Shown: one piece after another, positions 25,601 through 37,786 of the stretch
Layout: the number at the start of each line of letters is the position of its first letter
How positions within the stretch are numbered: the first letter of the stretch is position 1
Program-made: the position numbers and the translations under genes
Source of the DNA: Vicugna vicugna
Taxonomy: Eukaryota
Direction: 5' to 3'
Assembly (NCBI GenBank): GCA_013265495.1
Contig: MU057576.1
Coordinates: forward strand, 344,982-408,981
Length of the DNA: 64,000 nt
The notes under the pieces: model-generated
Told to the model about the DNA's origin: nothing
Database searches by the model: none
The model's input: only the letters and a program-made list of their open reading frames with translations

Positions 25601-27494
25601 GGGAGATGGTAACTTGGCCAGTGATTCTGCTCACCAGCGCCATCATCAGGTGGCAAGGTCAGCCCAGCACATTATCCATAGGAAGCGCTTTAACTGTACG
25701 TATCCTCTTTTTTAGCCAACTCTACTGCCATGGTGGACCTCGAAAACTGAGCATTTATGGATGTCAGTGGAGAAATCGAGATAAATATGTTGGACTAGAA
25801 GCTGATCAAGTTTCTGGCCTTGCAGAGAATAATACATCAGCTTTTCCCCTCCCGTGTCCAAGCTTCACCAGGCAGTGTCGCGGTATATCCACTGGCTTCT
25901 GGAGGGGACACCACAGAGAAGCGCAGAGAAAGGAGGTCCAGGCCGGAGCTGTGTTCTACCCTCTCAGGGTTGGTAGGAGCTGTGAACATGTGCTATCAAA
26001 CCCTCTACGTCAGGACAGGAGCTGACGTGGACGTGTGCCTCACAAACTACGTCACTGTAACTACGTGTCCGGGAAACGCACTTGCATGCTCTACGATGAG
26101 AATACCAAACGTTATGAGCTGGTAAACTACAGTGAGCGCGGGACAGCGGTGGACGGTGAGTGTGCTGTATTCATGTGACTTACCTGAGAAGACCCCGCCA
26201 ACACCCCCCCCCCAAGCAGTATTGTTGCCAAAGTGCAGAGGGTCATCAGGCGCGGCCAGCACCAGAAACAGGATGAAGAGCCAAGTGAGGAGGCAGCCAT
26301 GATGAGCTCCCAGGCCCGGGGCTGCAGCCGGGCCCCTGCAACTGCAAAGCCAGCAGCCCGAGCTTGACGGGGGGGCAGTGGGGCCGGCTGGGAAGGCACG
26401 GCCTTGCTGCACCACGGCAGCTACATCAAGCTGGGGTGCCTGCACTTTGTCTTCAGCATCACTGAGTTTGCAACCACACAGCCCCAAAGGGAGGCTGGCC
26501 TGCTGCAGGTTGGGGTCTTGGCCGAGAATCTCTCTCTCAAGCCCCACCAGGGCCCTGTGCTGTGCTCCAACTCCGTTCCCTCGGACTGGCAGCTACCCCA
26601 TCCCACACCTGTCTACCCAACCCAAGACTCCTGCAATACAAAAATGTACACAAACCAAGCATGGGGTTTCTCTATACTCCACCAGAAACCCTTCAACTAC
26701 AATCACTGCATGAAGTGAAGAAAACCTTTTGACTGTTTTTTAAAAATCCTTTTTCTTTCCTTAAGTTCTAGGGGGCATTTGCACATATATTTGTACCCAG
26801 CGTTTCATGGGAAAGCGGCAGATAGAGCTGAAGAACAGCGTGGGCAGGGAGGGGAAGGCCAATGGTCTGGACACAAAACCGTTCCCCACCCACCTCCTGC
26901 TCCCTCCCCCTACCCACCGTTGTAAAAGAATCGGTAACTTGTTCTAGTTTGTGGCAGTGACAATAGTTTTATATTAAAAGAAAAAGGTACAGTTCTCATA
27001 CAGCAAAATCTATACAGTATCATTGTTTTATTTAATAAAAAGATCGCTACCCATGGCTCCCCCCCTCCAGGTGATTCTCCCTTTCTGCAGCGATTGCACT
27101 ACAGGGAGCTACTGTGTATTACGGACAAATGAGAACTGGATTCTTTTTCTGGCTGTGCATCTTATTTTATTTCAAATAAGGAAAATGTATTTGGATTTTG
27201 TGGAAATACATCTAGTAATGACATTTTTTCAATGTTTTTAAAAACTGTGTACAGTACTACATGTACTACGTGTTCTTCAAATTGTCCATTGTAGCAAAAA
27301 CGTTTTTGTCGTAAACCTGTTTTGTCTCCTTTTTTGTTCTCCTGCCACTCCTCTCCTCTTCCTCCCACCCCCGGTTCCCTCCTCCTCTCCCACCCCCGGA
27401 ACTAGTACCAATGTACATAGTAATTGTAATGTTTTAGACTTTACAGAAACTTTCCTGTATTCTGCATATGAAAAAACAAAGACTTCAAAAAAAA
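22604..27494 (+). pseudogene. PHF12: Processed pseudogene of PHF12 (PHD finger protein 12 / Pf1), with 5' UTR, CDS remnant 23630-26583, 3' UTR and A-rich tail
   Basis: Intronless run of PHF12 peptides: [57 protein letters not shown]...[47 protein letters not shown]...SNSVP. Many frameshifts; first stop TAA at 23738; A-tract at ~27470-27494. The 5' boundary is inferred from the abrupt start of GC-rich sequence; no clean TSD seen. Confidence 0.93.
22905..23596 (+). mobile_element. Solo ERV LTR (CCAAT-array type) inserted in the PHF12 retrocopy 5' UTR
   Basis: TGTTG...CAACA termini; 22990-23596 aligns by eye to 44091-44625; repeated TCCTGATTGG units; ATTTGCAT at 23247 and 23393; TATAAA at 23431. 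The left end is either 22905 or 22990. Confidence 0.85.
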
Positions 27495-29085
27495 TTTTTT
27501 ATAAAATACTTTGCTTAGTGAATGCTTTATAATAAGCATATTTATATAATTAAAAAACCAATAAGCTTTTTTTACCCCCAAGGACACGCACATTGGGTGT
27601 GCATGCAAAACTCATTCCAGGATCATTAGGATGAGTGGCTTTTCTCCTAAAGTGGTTAAAGTTTGTGATTCAAGGCTGCTTCCCAGCTCACCCTCACCTC
27701 CCTGAAAAGCTAGATTCGTCTGTTCTGCCTGGTCTCTTCTCTGAAGGAGAGCCCCAGGTCCATGGGTTCCAGAAAGGCCTGATCTGGGCCAGATTCCTCG
27801 GGTGACTGTTGCCCCTGGCGTCATCACCTGCACATCGTCCTAGCCCCATCCTAGCTGTTTGCAAAGGATTCCCAACCCTCTAAGGCTGTCCACCTTGGCT
27901 GAAGCTGAGAAGGCTCTTCCTTGCAGGCATCAGCAGAAGTCTTGTCTCCTCAATAGGTGGGTTTGGGGATCACTCTGGCAACGTCAGGCCTCCATATGCC
28001 AAGCTTCTTTGCCCCACTTCTGGGCTGAAGGTCATGGTCAGAGAGCATGCCAAGTCCAATAGCCTCAAGCCCTGTACTTGCTGCCATTGCCCAGCTCTAT
28101 GTGGGGCATCTGGTCCAGTTTCTGACTCTTCGCTGTGCACCCTGGACATTATAAGGAGGCCTCTGCTTGGTCTCAATGCCTGCAAGCAAGAGGACTTGAT
28201 TTGCTATCTCCCTAGTTCAGTTGAGTCATAACCTAGAAGCCCCTCCCCTGGAGCCTCTTCTGCCTCATACTCACCCTGCACCCCACCAGCTTCCCTCCTG
28301 GTCCAGAACCCACCACATCATCAGAGGGTTTTCAGGTCAGCTCTATAAAGCTGACCATCCTCACTCAAGCCTGAAGCAATCCCTTCAAACCGCTACACCG
28401 ATGGAGTAGTGAGTGATCAAGACCCAGGGTAACTCAATAGACTGACATCACACTGGTGTTGAGTATCTTGGGAATTCTTTTTAAAAGATTGCCATAATCG
28501 ATCCTCATCTCCGCAGAATCGGCTCCCTATCAGTCTGAACCAGGAAGTAACATACAAATACAAATGCCTTCAAATAGATTTGCTTTGAACTTAGTTAACT
28601 CTATACTCATTTCTGCCTAGCTTGGTTATTTGATTTCTGACTCCATAATATTTGAGAAAAGCAAACTAGGAAAGGGGAAAGCAGTAGCTATAAGGCAGGC
28701 ATCAGGGAGTTACAGCCCAAGAATGATCACATGTAAGAGTTGGAAAAATGTGAGCCCTCAGCAGGAGGAAGCCAACAGCCCTGTGTATCTGATATTACCA
28801 TAGAGCACAATAATGGATGCTTGTAACATAGCCCCGAGTCTCCCACAAACATGGGTCACATTCAGCATCCTCCCCAAGGCCACCTAGGTGTTTGCAAAGA
28901 ACTCCCAGACTTCTGAAGGCTGCCCACCTTGCCCAAATTTGAGAGGGCTCCTCTTCATGGCGTATCCATCAGCAGCTTTTGCACAACCACACTGAAGCAG
29001 CATGGGTCAGTTCTCATCATCTGGATGACTATTCTCGGAAACCAATCCAAATTTTTATTGTTGATAGTTATATACTGATACATTT

Positions 29086-29248
29086 TTTTAAAGTTTATTT
29101 ATTTCTTATTGTATTATTTAATTAATTTGTTTTGGTGTAGGCGGAGGTAATTAGGTTTGTTTATTTTTGGAGGAGGTACTGGGGGTTGAACGCAGGACCA
29201 CGTGCTTGCTGAGCATGCGCTCTATCACTTGAGATATACTCTTCCCCC
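29086..29248 (-). mobile_element. tRNA-derived SINE (Vic-1-like)
   Basis: Reverse A/B boxes; TSD ATACTGATACATTT on both sides. Confidence 0.85.
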
Positions 29249-29683
29249 ATACTGATACATTTAAAGCACAAATAATGTTATTTTGCTGTATATGTGCTAC
29301 TGTCTAGAACTAGACAATGAAGGGGAAAGAAAGCCGGACTGATTAATTGTTAATGACTTGGGTTTTCCGGTTAACTTGGCTTTCCTTATCTGTACAGTGG
29401 AGTATATAACACCTGCCTGAAGCACGTCAAAAGGTCACTCACTGTGAAGATAGGACGACTGTGTGAAAGTCCCATCTACAGAAAGGAATAAGGAATGTGT
29501 TTTACCGCAGTAATTTCTCTTATCAAGATTGAGTCATGGATTCAAAGAACAAGAAGAAGGAAAATTACAAGTACATAATACTCAAGGTTAGAGATTAAAG
29601 TATATCTGGCAGACAGATAATTGATTCAGAATTGGGCACTGCTCGGAGCGGACTTCATTAGGAATACGTGGGTCTCTGGGAAA

Positions 29684-29700
29684 CAGCGACACCTACTGTA
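29684..29700 (-). promoter_or_regulatory. Candidate CTCF site
   Basis: Minus strand ACAGTAGGTGTCGCTG resembles the CTCF core consensus; ETS-like CCGGAAG at ~29732. Confidence 0.45.
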
Positions 29701-29878
29701 GTCCGCCTGATACTGTAACTGACCTGGAAAGCCGGAAGCCTTCAAACCTGTCATGACTGGTGTATAATTTTAGTCAGGCACTAGATACTATTACAAAAAA
29801 ATTAAAATTAAAAAACGGCCACATAGTATTTTCCTTGGAAAAAAATCACAATTTTCTTCTATTTAAAAGTAACTGCTT

Positions 29879-30000
29879 GGGGGAGGGTATAGCTCAGTGG
29901 TAGAATGCATGCTTAGCACGCAGAAGGTCCTGGGTTCAATCCCCAGTACCTCCACTGAAAAAAAAAATAAGTAAACAAAAAAAAAAAAACCTAATTTTAA
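29879..30000 (+). mobile_element. tRNA-derived SINE (Vic-1-like)
   Basis: A/B boxes; AAAAGTAACT repeated on both flanks. Confidence 0.85.
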
Positions 30001-30074
30001 AAAAGTAACTTCTATTATTTTTAATTCAAATTTGATGCATATTAATTGTAGAAAAATTTTAAAACAAAATATAT

Positions 30075-30270
30075 AAAATATATAAACAAGTTTATACTGT
30101 ATAGCACAGGGAAATATATTCAATATCTTGTAGTAGCTCATGGTGAAAAAGAATATGAAAATGAATATATGTATGTTCATGTATGACTGAAAAATTGTGC
30201 TTTACACTGGAAATTGACACAACATTGTTAATTGATTATAACTCAATAAAAAAGAAAGGAAAAAGAAAAT
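30075..30270 (+). mobile_element. Short L1 3'-end fragment
   Basis: ATACTGTATAGCACAGGGAAATATATTCAATATCTTGTAGT...CAATAAAAAA. Confidence 0.8.
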
Positions 30271-31759
30271 ATAATCTAGTAACAACATTTAACACTTTGG
30301 ATCCACTGGCACCACCATCTTCACCATCATTCTTCATTCTTCTCCTTCTTCCCCTCCCCACCTCCAAAAAAAACAGTAAATCAAAAATAAAATCTCTCAT
30401 CAGGGATAATCATTGCTAATAGCTTGGTGTGTGTCATTCCATATTTGTGTGGTAGTGGAAATATATGCCTATTACAAACAATAATGATGTACTGATTGTC
30501 ACTGCTCTCCAGCCAAAGATCACCAGCAAGTGGTTGCGCTTGACACTCTGCAGTGAGGGAGAAGGCACAAGGCATGGAAGTGCGGGCTGTTTCAGTAGGA
30601 GGCTGTTAGGAAGAACCTACAACACTTATGCTCTCATGCTAGGTGGTTTGCAGCGGGGTTTAAGGAAGCAGGGCTTCGCTCGAGATGGGATGTTGCCAGG
30701 AAGCAGCGTAATTCTATGCTTGGGTACCCTAATAAATATCACCTGGAAGGAGAGCTGACTAAAGCTGGTGAGGAATAGGTAAAGAAGTAGCAGTCACTTC
30801 TCTTAGCAGGGACAGGGAGATGCTTGGTCATTTCTGTGATTTGGACAATGTTCTAGTTTCGTCTGTGTGCAGACATCATGATGGAGTGGTCTTGTTTTTG
30901 TCTCACTCCATTCATCGCCAAGCGCCCTTACTGGATGTCAGTGCTGTGAAACAGGAGAACTAGTGTGATGCCAGGCCAGCTCCTAGCTCTCAGGTGCTGC
31001 TCTTTTCTTTAAGATTTTTTTTCCCTTTCTTAAGACTTAACAATGTTGTGGACATTTTTTCAACTCAATATTGGGTCTAATTTAACCAAATTTCTCTTGT
31101 TGAATAATTGTATTTTTTCTAATATTTTTGGCTTATAATTAATACTAAAACAAAAACTTTAAGAATACATCTTTGCACACGTATACTCATTTCTTTAAAA
31201 TAAATTTTCAGAAGTGTAATTATTGAGTCAAATGATATGTACATTTTAAAGTTTTTGATAGATGTCACCAGACGCCTTCTGTAGTTTGTGCTAATTTCAC
31301 TTCCAACTCTAGGACAGAATACTCAATTCCCCGCAAACCCTTGTCAGCACGAAGTATCATCCATCATTTTTTTAACCTTTGCCAGTTTCAGAGATAGAAA
31401 TACATCTTGTTTTTTTTAAAGCTTTATTATATAAACTTGGATACACAAAAAAGACCTTGTAAGGCATATATAGGTCCCACTAGACTACACTAAACTAGAC
31501 CATCTCAGCAGCTTCAGGGGATTCCAATTAGCGGTACAAAGCCTCTTCGTTGGTGTCTCAAGTCTGTCTCTCAAGCTGCCAGTTAAGAAGAGATGTAAGC
31601 AGAACGAGGTGTCTACAGCTTGCTTGCAATTTGGGACACACCTTCACAATAGTGCTTTTCAAAGTGTCTGGTTATCTGCTCGCTCATCAGCCTCCCCACT
31701 GAATTAAGAGCTTCAAGGGGGCAGGGACTATGTCTCGCTTTTTTTTTTCCCTCCAATTT

Positions 31760-32110
31760 TCTAAACTGTGGTAAAATACACATAACATGAAACTTACCAT
31801 CTTAACCATTTTTAAGTGTAGAGTTCGGTGGTGTTAAATACATTCATAAGACTGTGCAACCATCACCACCATCCATTTCTAGACCTCTTTCCACCTTGTA
31901 AAACTGAAACCATATATCTAATTAAACAGTGAACCCCCTATTCCTCTCACCCCCCAGCCCACCACCATTCTACTTGCTGTCTCTGTGAATCTGACCACTC
32001 TTAGTACCTCCTATTCTTGGAATCAGACAGTATTTCTGTGACTGGCTTATTTCACTTATCAGAATGTCCCCAAGGCTAATCCATGTTGTAGCACGTCAGA
32101 ACCTTCTTTT
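31760..32110 (-). mobile_element. Old L1M 3'-UTR fragment
   Basis: GTGGTAAAATACACATAACATGAAACTTACCATCTTAACCATTTTTAAGTGTA motif. Confidence 0.7.
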
Positions 32111-32784
32111 CTAAGTAGTGTAAGAAATAAGTTGTTTTATACCACTAAGAATATGGGGTTGTATGTTACTGCAGCATAACAAAGCCTGTCCTGACTAGTA
32201 CAGCAAAAAATACCCAAAAGAACAAGAACTTATCTAGCAAAGCTCCTAAGGGTAGCTTTGTCCTAAACCTTTGTAGAAGTAGCACGTGGCCCCCTTGGTT
32301 TGTCAACTAGGACCCTGCAGGTTCACATGTCCTTCTTTCTAAGGACAGTTACTTGGGAATTACAGGGTGATCACAATTTTTGGTAAGCTACAGTTTTGTA
32401 ATGAAACTGGACAAATTGCCTCAATGCAGTAAATCAGAGAGGTGATGGGTTTTGAATCTGAGAAAAGATGAATTTGGTGGACATGTTTGGGGACATGCTA
32501 CATTAGGGGGAATGGCTCCTGCAAAGGGCTGGAAGAAGGCCCTCTTTCTTCATTTCAGACTAGTGGTCACTCAACCCTACTGTCTACAGTCAGTTCTGCT
32601 CTCTCAACCTTTGGGCCAGTTCATAATGCAGGTGCTCTGGACTCAGCTAATTTTTAGAAATGCTGGTATTATAGTACACAGGAATTTTTCTCCACAAACT
32701 CATAGGTTCAAAATACTATTTTATTTCTATAGATCAAGTTAACCTGGTTCTGAGTTCCCAGTTACTTCAGCGGGAAAATATTCT

Positions 32785-32845
32785 ATCTCAGCCATCTTGG
32801 GGATGGCCATCCTTCATCTCAGCCATCTTGGGGATGGCCATCCTT
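32785..32845. repeat. 31-bp tandem duplication
   Basis: ATCTCAGCCATCTTGGGGATGGCCATCCTT at 32785 and 32816. Confidence 0.95.
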
Positions 32846-35459
32846 GACCCTAGAACCGAGTATGAATTCAGGGCACTCGTGCAGCTCCCAGCAAAGGGAA
32901 GAAACTCTGGTTCCTATGATTGTGGATGAGAAGCTGACCATCCCAGTCCACACAAAGGATAGGCAGCTCCATCCTTCCACACCAAAGCATGGGGACACCT
33001 CCCCATGTCTTCATGGCCATGCCTGTCTCCAGCATTCATACCTCCTATCCCACCAGAGTTTGGGTCACTTCTGGAGGAGCTGCATGGAGGCAGGGCACAG
33101 TTCTCTATCACTTAAAGAACAAAACTGCCATCTGTACTTTCTCCTCAGGGAAAGGCCACCTCTGCCTCCTCACTTCTTGTAAAGGAAGGAACAGAAGCTT
33201 ACCTAACACCCATGACTACGCGTGTCTTGAAAGGAGAGTGCTGAGAAGGCGTGCCAAGTCTGTGCATTTTGGGGCTTGGAGGGGAGAATTCCAGCGAGGC
33301 CATCTAAGGAGGTTAGAACCCGTCGCCTGACAGATACGAAGCAAGCCTGCAAAGGCCTGAAGCTGGGCTTTTCCCATGAGTTCTCTTCCTCCACCTCTGA
33401 CCAGGGAGGTCTAATCAGTCTCAACCAATAACCTTCAGAGAGTCCTTGGAGTGGACCTCAGCCCCAGGAGAATTTTATTCGCAGCCTCCTCAACCCAAAG
33501 GCCTTGCCTGAAGCTGACGGTGGGTGGCAGGCTGGTCTTTGGATCCGGCATCAGTTGCTGACTCCTCCTGCCCCAGTCATAGTTCCAAGTGCAGGTGGTG
33601 AAAGACTCTAGCTCGTGGCTCAGCGCTGCCAAGCCTTGGACACCACGACAGGGGTGCCAACTCTGACACAGGTGAGGGGCACCATGCCCACCAGCGGGCA
33701 GATCTGGATTTATCTGCAGCCCTAAACCCCAGGCCCAGTGCGTCTAGGAAAAACACCAGTCCCGTGGGCTGGGAACCCTTGGGAAAAAGAGAGGAAGAGA
33801 ATTCCTGTTTCGTACTATTTCTCCCCAGGACCTGTGGCAGCCCTCTGAAAGACCCCTCATCGTGGCCCTTCCAGGCACCCCTGGCTCCACCTAACATGCT
33901 CAGGGAGCCAGAGCGCCCTCTGAAGGGCTTGTGCTTCCCTCCCTCAGCCAGGACCTGGTGCTTTACATCCAGCCAGACGGCCTGCTCTGCGACCACAGCT
34001 GCTGTCTCCTGGCCACACAAATTGCCATGTCACAGAGAGGTCTGTCCCTGGGCCGCATAAGGGAGAATTTAAAAACTGCAGAAAAATCTCTTACTGATTT
34101 TATTGCTAGTTTTTCCTCCAATTGGTGAAAGGGATCTTTAAGAATTCCAACTTCGGCTCTGCTACAGCCAAAAAGGCAAGCCCTATCCCCACACCCTTGA
34201 GACAGGATCTCTGCGTAGTTGACCAAGAAAGGTCTCTTGTAACCATGACTGCCCCCCTCTGACTAGGGTAGAGTAGCCAGGAGGGACAGGGCCCAGCAGA
34301 TACCAAAAGGAGGTTTTCCTGCCATCGCTGGGGCCGCCTTGCGGGGTTGCTGGCGAAAGGGAGGGAAGTCAGGAGACTCCTGGGAATGGATGTGAGTCTT
34401 CCTCCTGTTGGGTTAGGGCCAGTGATGTGGTGGAATCTGCTTGGTTCCTAAGAGCCAACAGTGAGCATCTCTGTCTGGCTCTATTTTCAGTAAGGTCATG
34501 TGGGTGGCAGCAGACCACTTCTTAGGCGTGACAAGCTAAGAGTCACAATTTATGGCCCAGGGACCAGAGCCAAAAAACAGAGGAGAATTTAAGAGTGAGG
34601 ACCAGTTAGTGAGCAATCTTTAGAGTCTGCAGTTAAACACAAACAAGAGCCCCTTCCCCCACCTTCCCGCTGGCTGCTTTGAGGTATGAGAGCCAGTCGG
34701 GTCTCTGGTTGCCAGAATCCTCACAAGTCTACCTGCAAAAACCCTGCACCTTCCTCAGCTCCCTTAGGATCCACGGATCCTCCCCCATCCCACCCACCTC
34801 CCCACCCACCACAGCACAGAGATAATGCAGTCAGTTATTCACGCTATGTCCTTGGTTCCACACTTCCATGCTATCACTTCTCTTGGGGCTTGAACTTCCC
34901 GCAGCCTAAGATGTGGCTCTCCTCCCTTCAAGCCTGTTTCCATCCTTCCTCAGTCTTCCTACCTTCCTCATCCCATCTTCCTCCAACCAGAGCCACTGTC
35001 CAGGGACCAAATGCCCCACATCCATGGTGATCTGGTCTCCCCACTCCTTTTCTTAGAAAACTCTTTCCCCAGAGCCCCCAGGCCCCTCTGAAGTCTCCCA
35101 TTTCCCCTTCCTCTCCCAAAATGAAACTGACTTATCCCCTCAAGAGAGTGGAGGGATGTGAGGATAAACCAAAGAACGTGGAGTCTTCCTCTGCGCCTGC
35201 GTAGAAAGACGAACCAGGTCACTAAAAGCAGACACATCTGAGGATTCTAAAACCCACAGGCCCTGCCTCCCAAAGCCTAGACACTGGCAGCTAAGGTCTG
35301 ACAGAGATGACCCAGGACACGATGTCTGTGTGAGGCAATGACCCCCCTCCCATCAAATGGGGCTTAAAGTGACTGCGTGTGTCATGGCTATCAGATGGGG
35401 TAAGCTATATGATTCCGGCCAATTTTTACAATAACAGCCTCTGCTGAAATAGACAGTGC

Positions 35460-35465
35460 TTTATT
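35460..35465 (-). terminator. Candidate SEMA4F polyadenylation signal (AATAAA), giving a ~1.7-kb 3' UTR
   Basis: TTTATT on the + strand; the first canonical minus-strand AATAAA I found downstream of the stop codon. Confidence 0.5.
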
Positions 35466-37175
35466 GTTTATACATTCTCTCATTTAACCCTTGCAGCAAC
35501 CCTGAGGTAGGTGTTACCATCCCCGCTTTACAAAGGAGTGAACCGTTATCCTAGGTTAGATGACCTGCCGAAGATCATACGCTTATTAGTGGTAAAACCA
35601 CTGATCATCCAGAACCAAGGGGACTCTCGAGTAATTCACAGGCTGCTGCCAAGGAAAAGTGGAGCTGAAAAGGTCAACCGGGAAAGGCTGGACCACTCAC
35701 GGAGCTCAAGGGGGCCCCTGACCAGGGATGAATGAGGCACATACACGGGCCAAGACTGGAACTGAGCAGAAGCCCAGAACATCTGGGAGTTGTGAAGCAG
35801 GAAGGGGTCTTTAAGTTTGGTGCGAATTGACAGTGCCTTCAAAGATGTGCAGAGCCCACCTTCCAGGGAGTGGAGACACAAGAGGGTGTCCTGCAGCTGC
35901 CCGTCCAGGGGCTGGCCACAGGGCAGGTGTGGTGGGGCAGGAAGAACTGCCACTCAGTGGCACCACCTCAGCCTGGCCAACACCTGGTGACCTTGGAGCA
36001 GTGGTCCTTTAACTCCATTAAGGCTTGAGAATCTGATGAGAGCCACAAACCCTCCCCCCACCCCCAGAAAAATACAGACACACATGTACGGAAGGCATTT
36101 TGCATATGGTTTCAGGGAGTCCGTGGACCCCAGGTGAACTCCGGCTTTAGAGCAAGGGTGTCAACCTGAGTAAAGTCACTGACACAAACCTATCTTTGTG
36201 TAGCTTGTATTCCCTATGACTGTTCCCCTTCTGTCATCCCCTGATAGTGACAATAAATTTCACGACATTCTAAATAGGAGCCAAGGGAAGGGGTCCAGCC
36301 AGAGGAAGAGAGCTGTGCATGGCAGTGGTGGCAGCCAGGAGGCAAAAACAAAGAGAAGGATGGGGTCACACGTATCACGTCCTTTCCCACCTTCCCAGAA
36401 GGTCACTTTGGGAGTTTTTCTCTACTCAACAGAAGAGTTGTGGGAGGTGATGGAGACAGGGCAGTGGTTTGTTTCCTTTTAGAAAGGAGAGCCGTTCCTT
36501 GACTGGCTACAGGGTATCAAGTTCTGCAGGTGGTGCCCGCATTCCTACCTGCCCCTGTCGGCCCCCCGGGAACACGCCCGAGCAGGGGCCCGGTCACCCG
36601 TGCAATTGTGGCCAGGTCTCCTACGAACACCCATGTATTTACACATGCTTTTCACAGAAGAAGGGGGACTGGTTTGGGAGGAGATCTCAGGGGAGTAGAT
36701 CAGAGAGATTCCATGTTGCAGTTTGGGGATCATGCGCTCCCCACAAAGAATCAGATAAATTGGGAGAAACAGCAAAGGACTCAGCACACATTAGCCCTCA
36801 GCCCCTTCCACAGCTCCTCCTTCTGGCCAGGGCCCAACCAGAAGGCAAAGTCATAGCGATGTCCTGGGCCCCAGCCCCAAACTAATGGGCCCAAGAGAGT
36901 GGGCTGAAGGGGTCATGGGGGTTTAGAGGACAAGGGTGGGAAAGGTCCCGATTACTGTAAGAGCAGTTCTGATCTCCCATGGGAGTCAGCCAATGGCCTG
37001 GCCCTGAGCCCGTCCAGGCCCAGAGAGGGCAGACCTCAGTGAAGTTCACGTGACCACTCAAGGGCCAAGGCGAACTCAGACGCCATGATGACTGTCCATG
37101 CCCAGTGACCCCCAGAGTCCCAGCAGTCACTCCATTCTAGTGGTCACTCATACACTAGTGGTCACCTGCCCGGCC

Positions 37176-37786
37176 CTAGATGGATGTTTCATCACATGTG
37201 GCTAGAGGAGCCCCAGTGAGCCGAATGTGGGCTGGGCTTGGGCAAGGATCAAGCAGGAAGGGTGGAGGGAAGCCACCAAAGCCACTGCCCCTCTTGGCCA
37301 GGGCCAGGGGCAGACGCTCATCTTCAGGAGAGGGGGAGGGAGGGTCCTGGCTGTAGCTAGTGGTCCCAGAGGGCGGGACCCCCAGGTCCAAGCCCACCTT
37401 GTCTCTAGCCAGAAGCTCCCTCTGTCTCTGGCGCTGCTGACGCCGACCGATCAGGAGGAGAGTCAGGGATGCTACGAGAGCCCCCAGGAAGAAGCCGGCC
37501 AGTCCCGCCCCCACTGTGTGAGCCTGGCTGGGGGGGCCCTGCCGGCTGTCCCATACCAAGCTGTAAGCGGCTACCACCCGGGCTACCCCCCCCTCCTGAC
37601 ATTCACAGGCATAAGCGCCCATGGACCCTGGGGATATCACCACCTCTAGCCCATCCCGCCGGGGGGTAAGTGCAGTCACTCCGCTGGGCTGGTGCCACAC
37701 ACAGGATGCCCAGGCTGAGCCTGGGGAACATGGCAGGACGACATGAGCAGCGGTAGCCACAGGAACTTCAAACACCACTGGGTGCT
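37176..37786 (-). CDS. SEMA4F: SEMA4F exon 14 (Ig-like, TM, Pro-rich tail, PDZ-binding ETSI)
   Basis: [19 protein letters not shown]...[22 protein letters not shown]...CDETSI*; acceptor TCTCTGCAG; stop TAG at 37176-37178. Confidence 0.97.

Larger units (their letters stand above)
27826..34300 (-). pseudogene. Putative decayed, intron-containing HEAT-repeat-like gene (unprocessed pseudogene; family not firmly assigned)
   Basis: Two diverged internal copies (27851-27936 and 28884-28975) differ largely at synonymous or conservative positions on the minus strand; splice-flanked segments with stops; peptides resemble HEAT repeats. Outer limits are uncertain. Confidence 0.4.

Noticed and set aside
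30495..30990. Possible old LTR or coding relic
   Set aside because: LTR-like by composition, but I could not fix termini, a TSD or a family, so it is not called.
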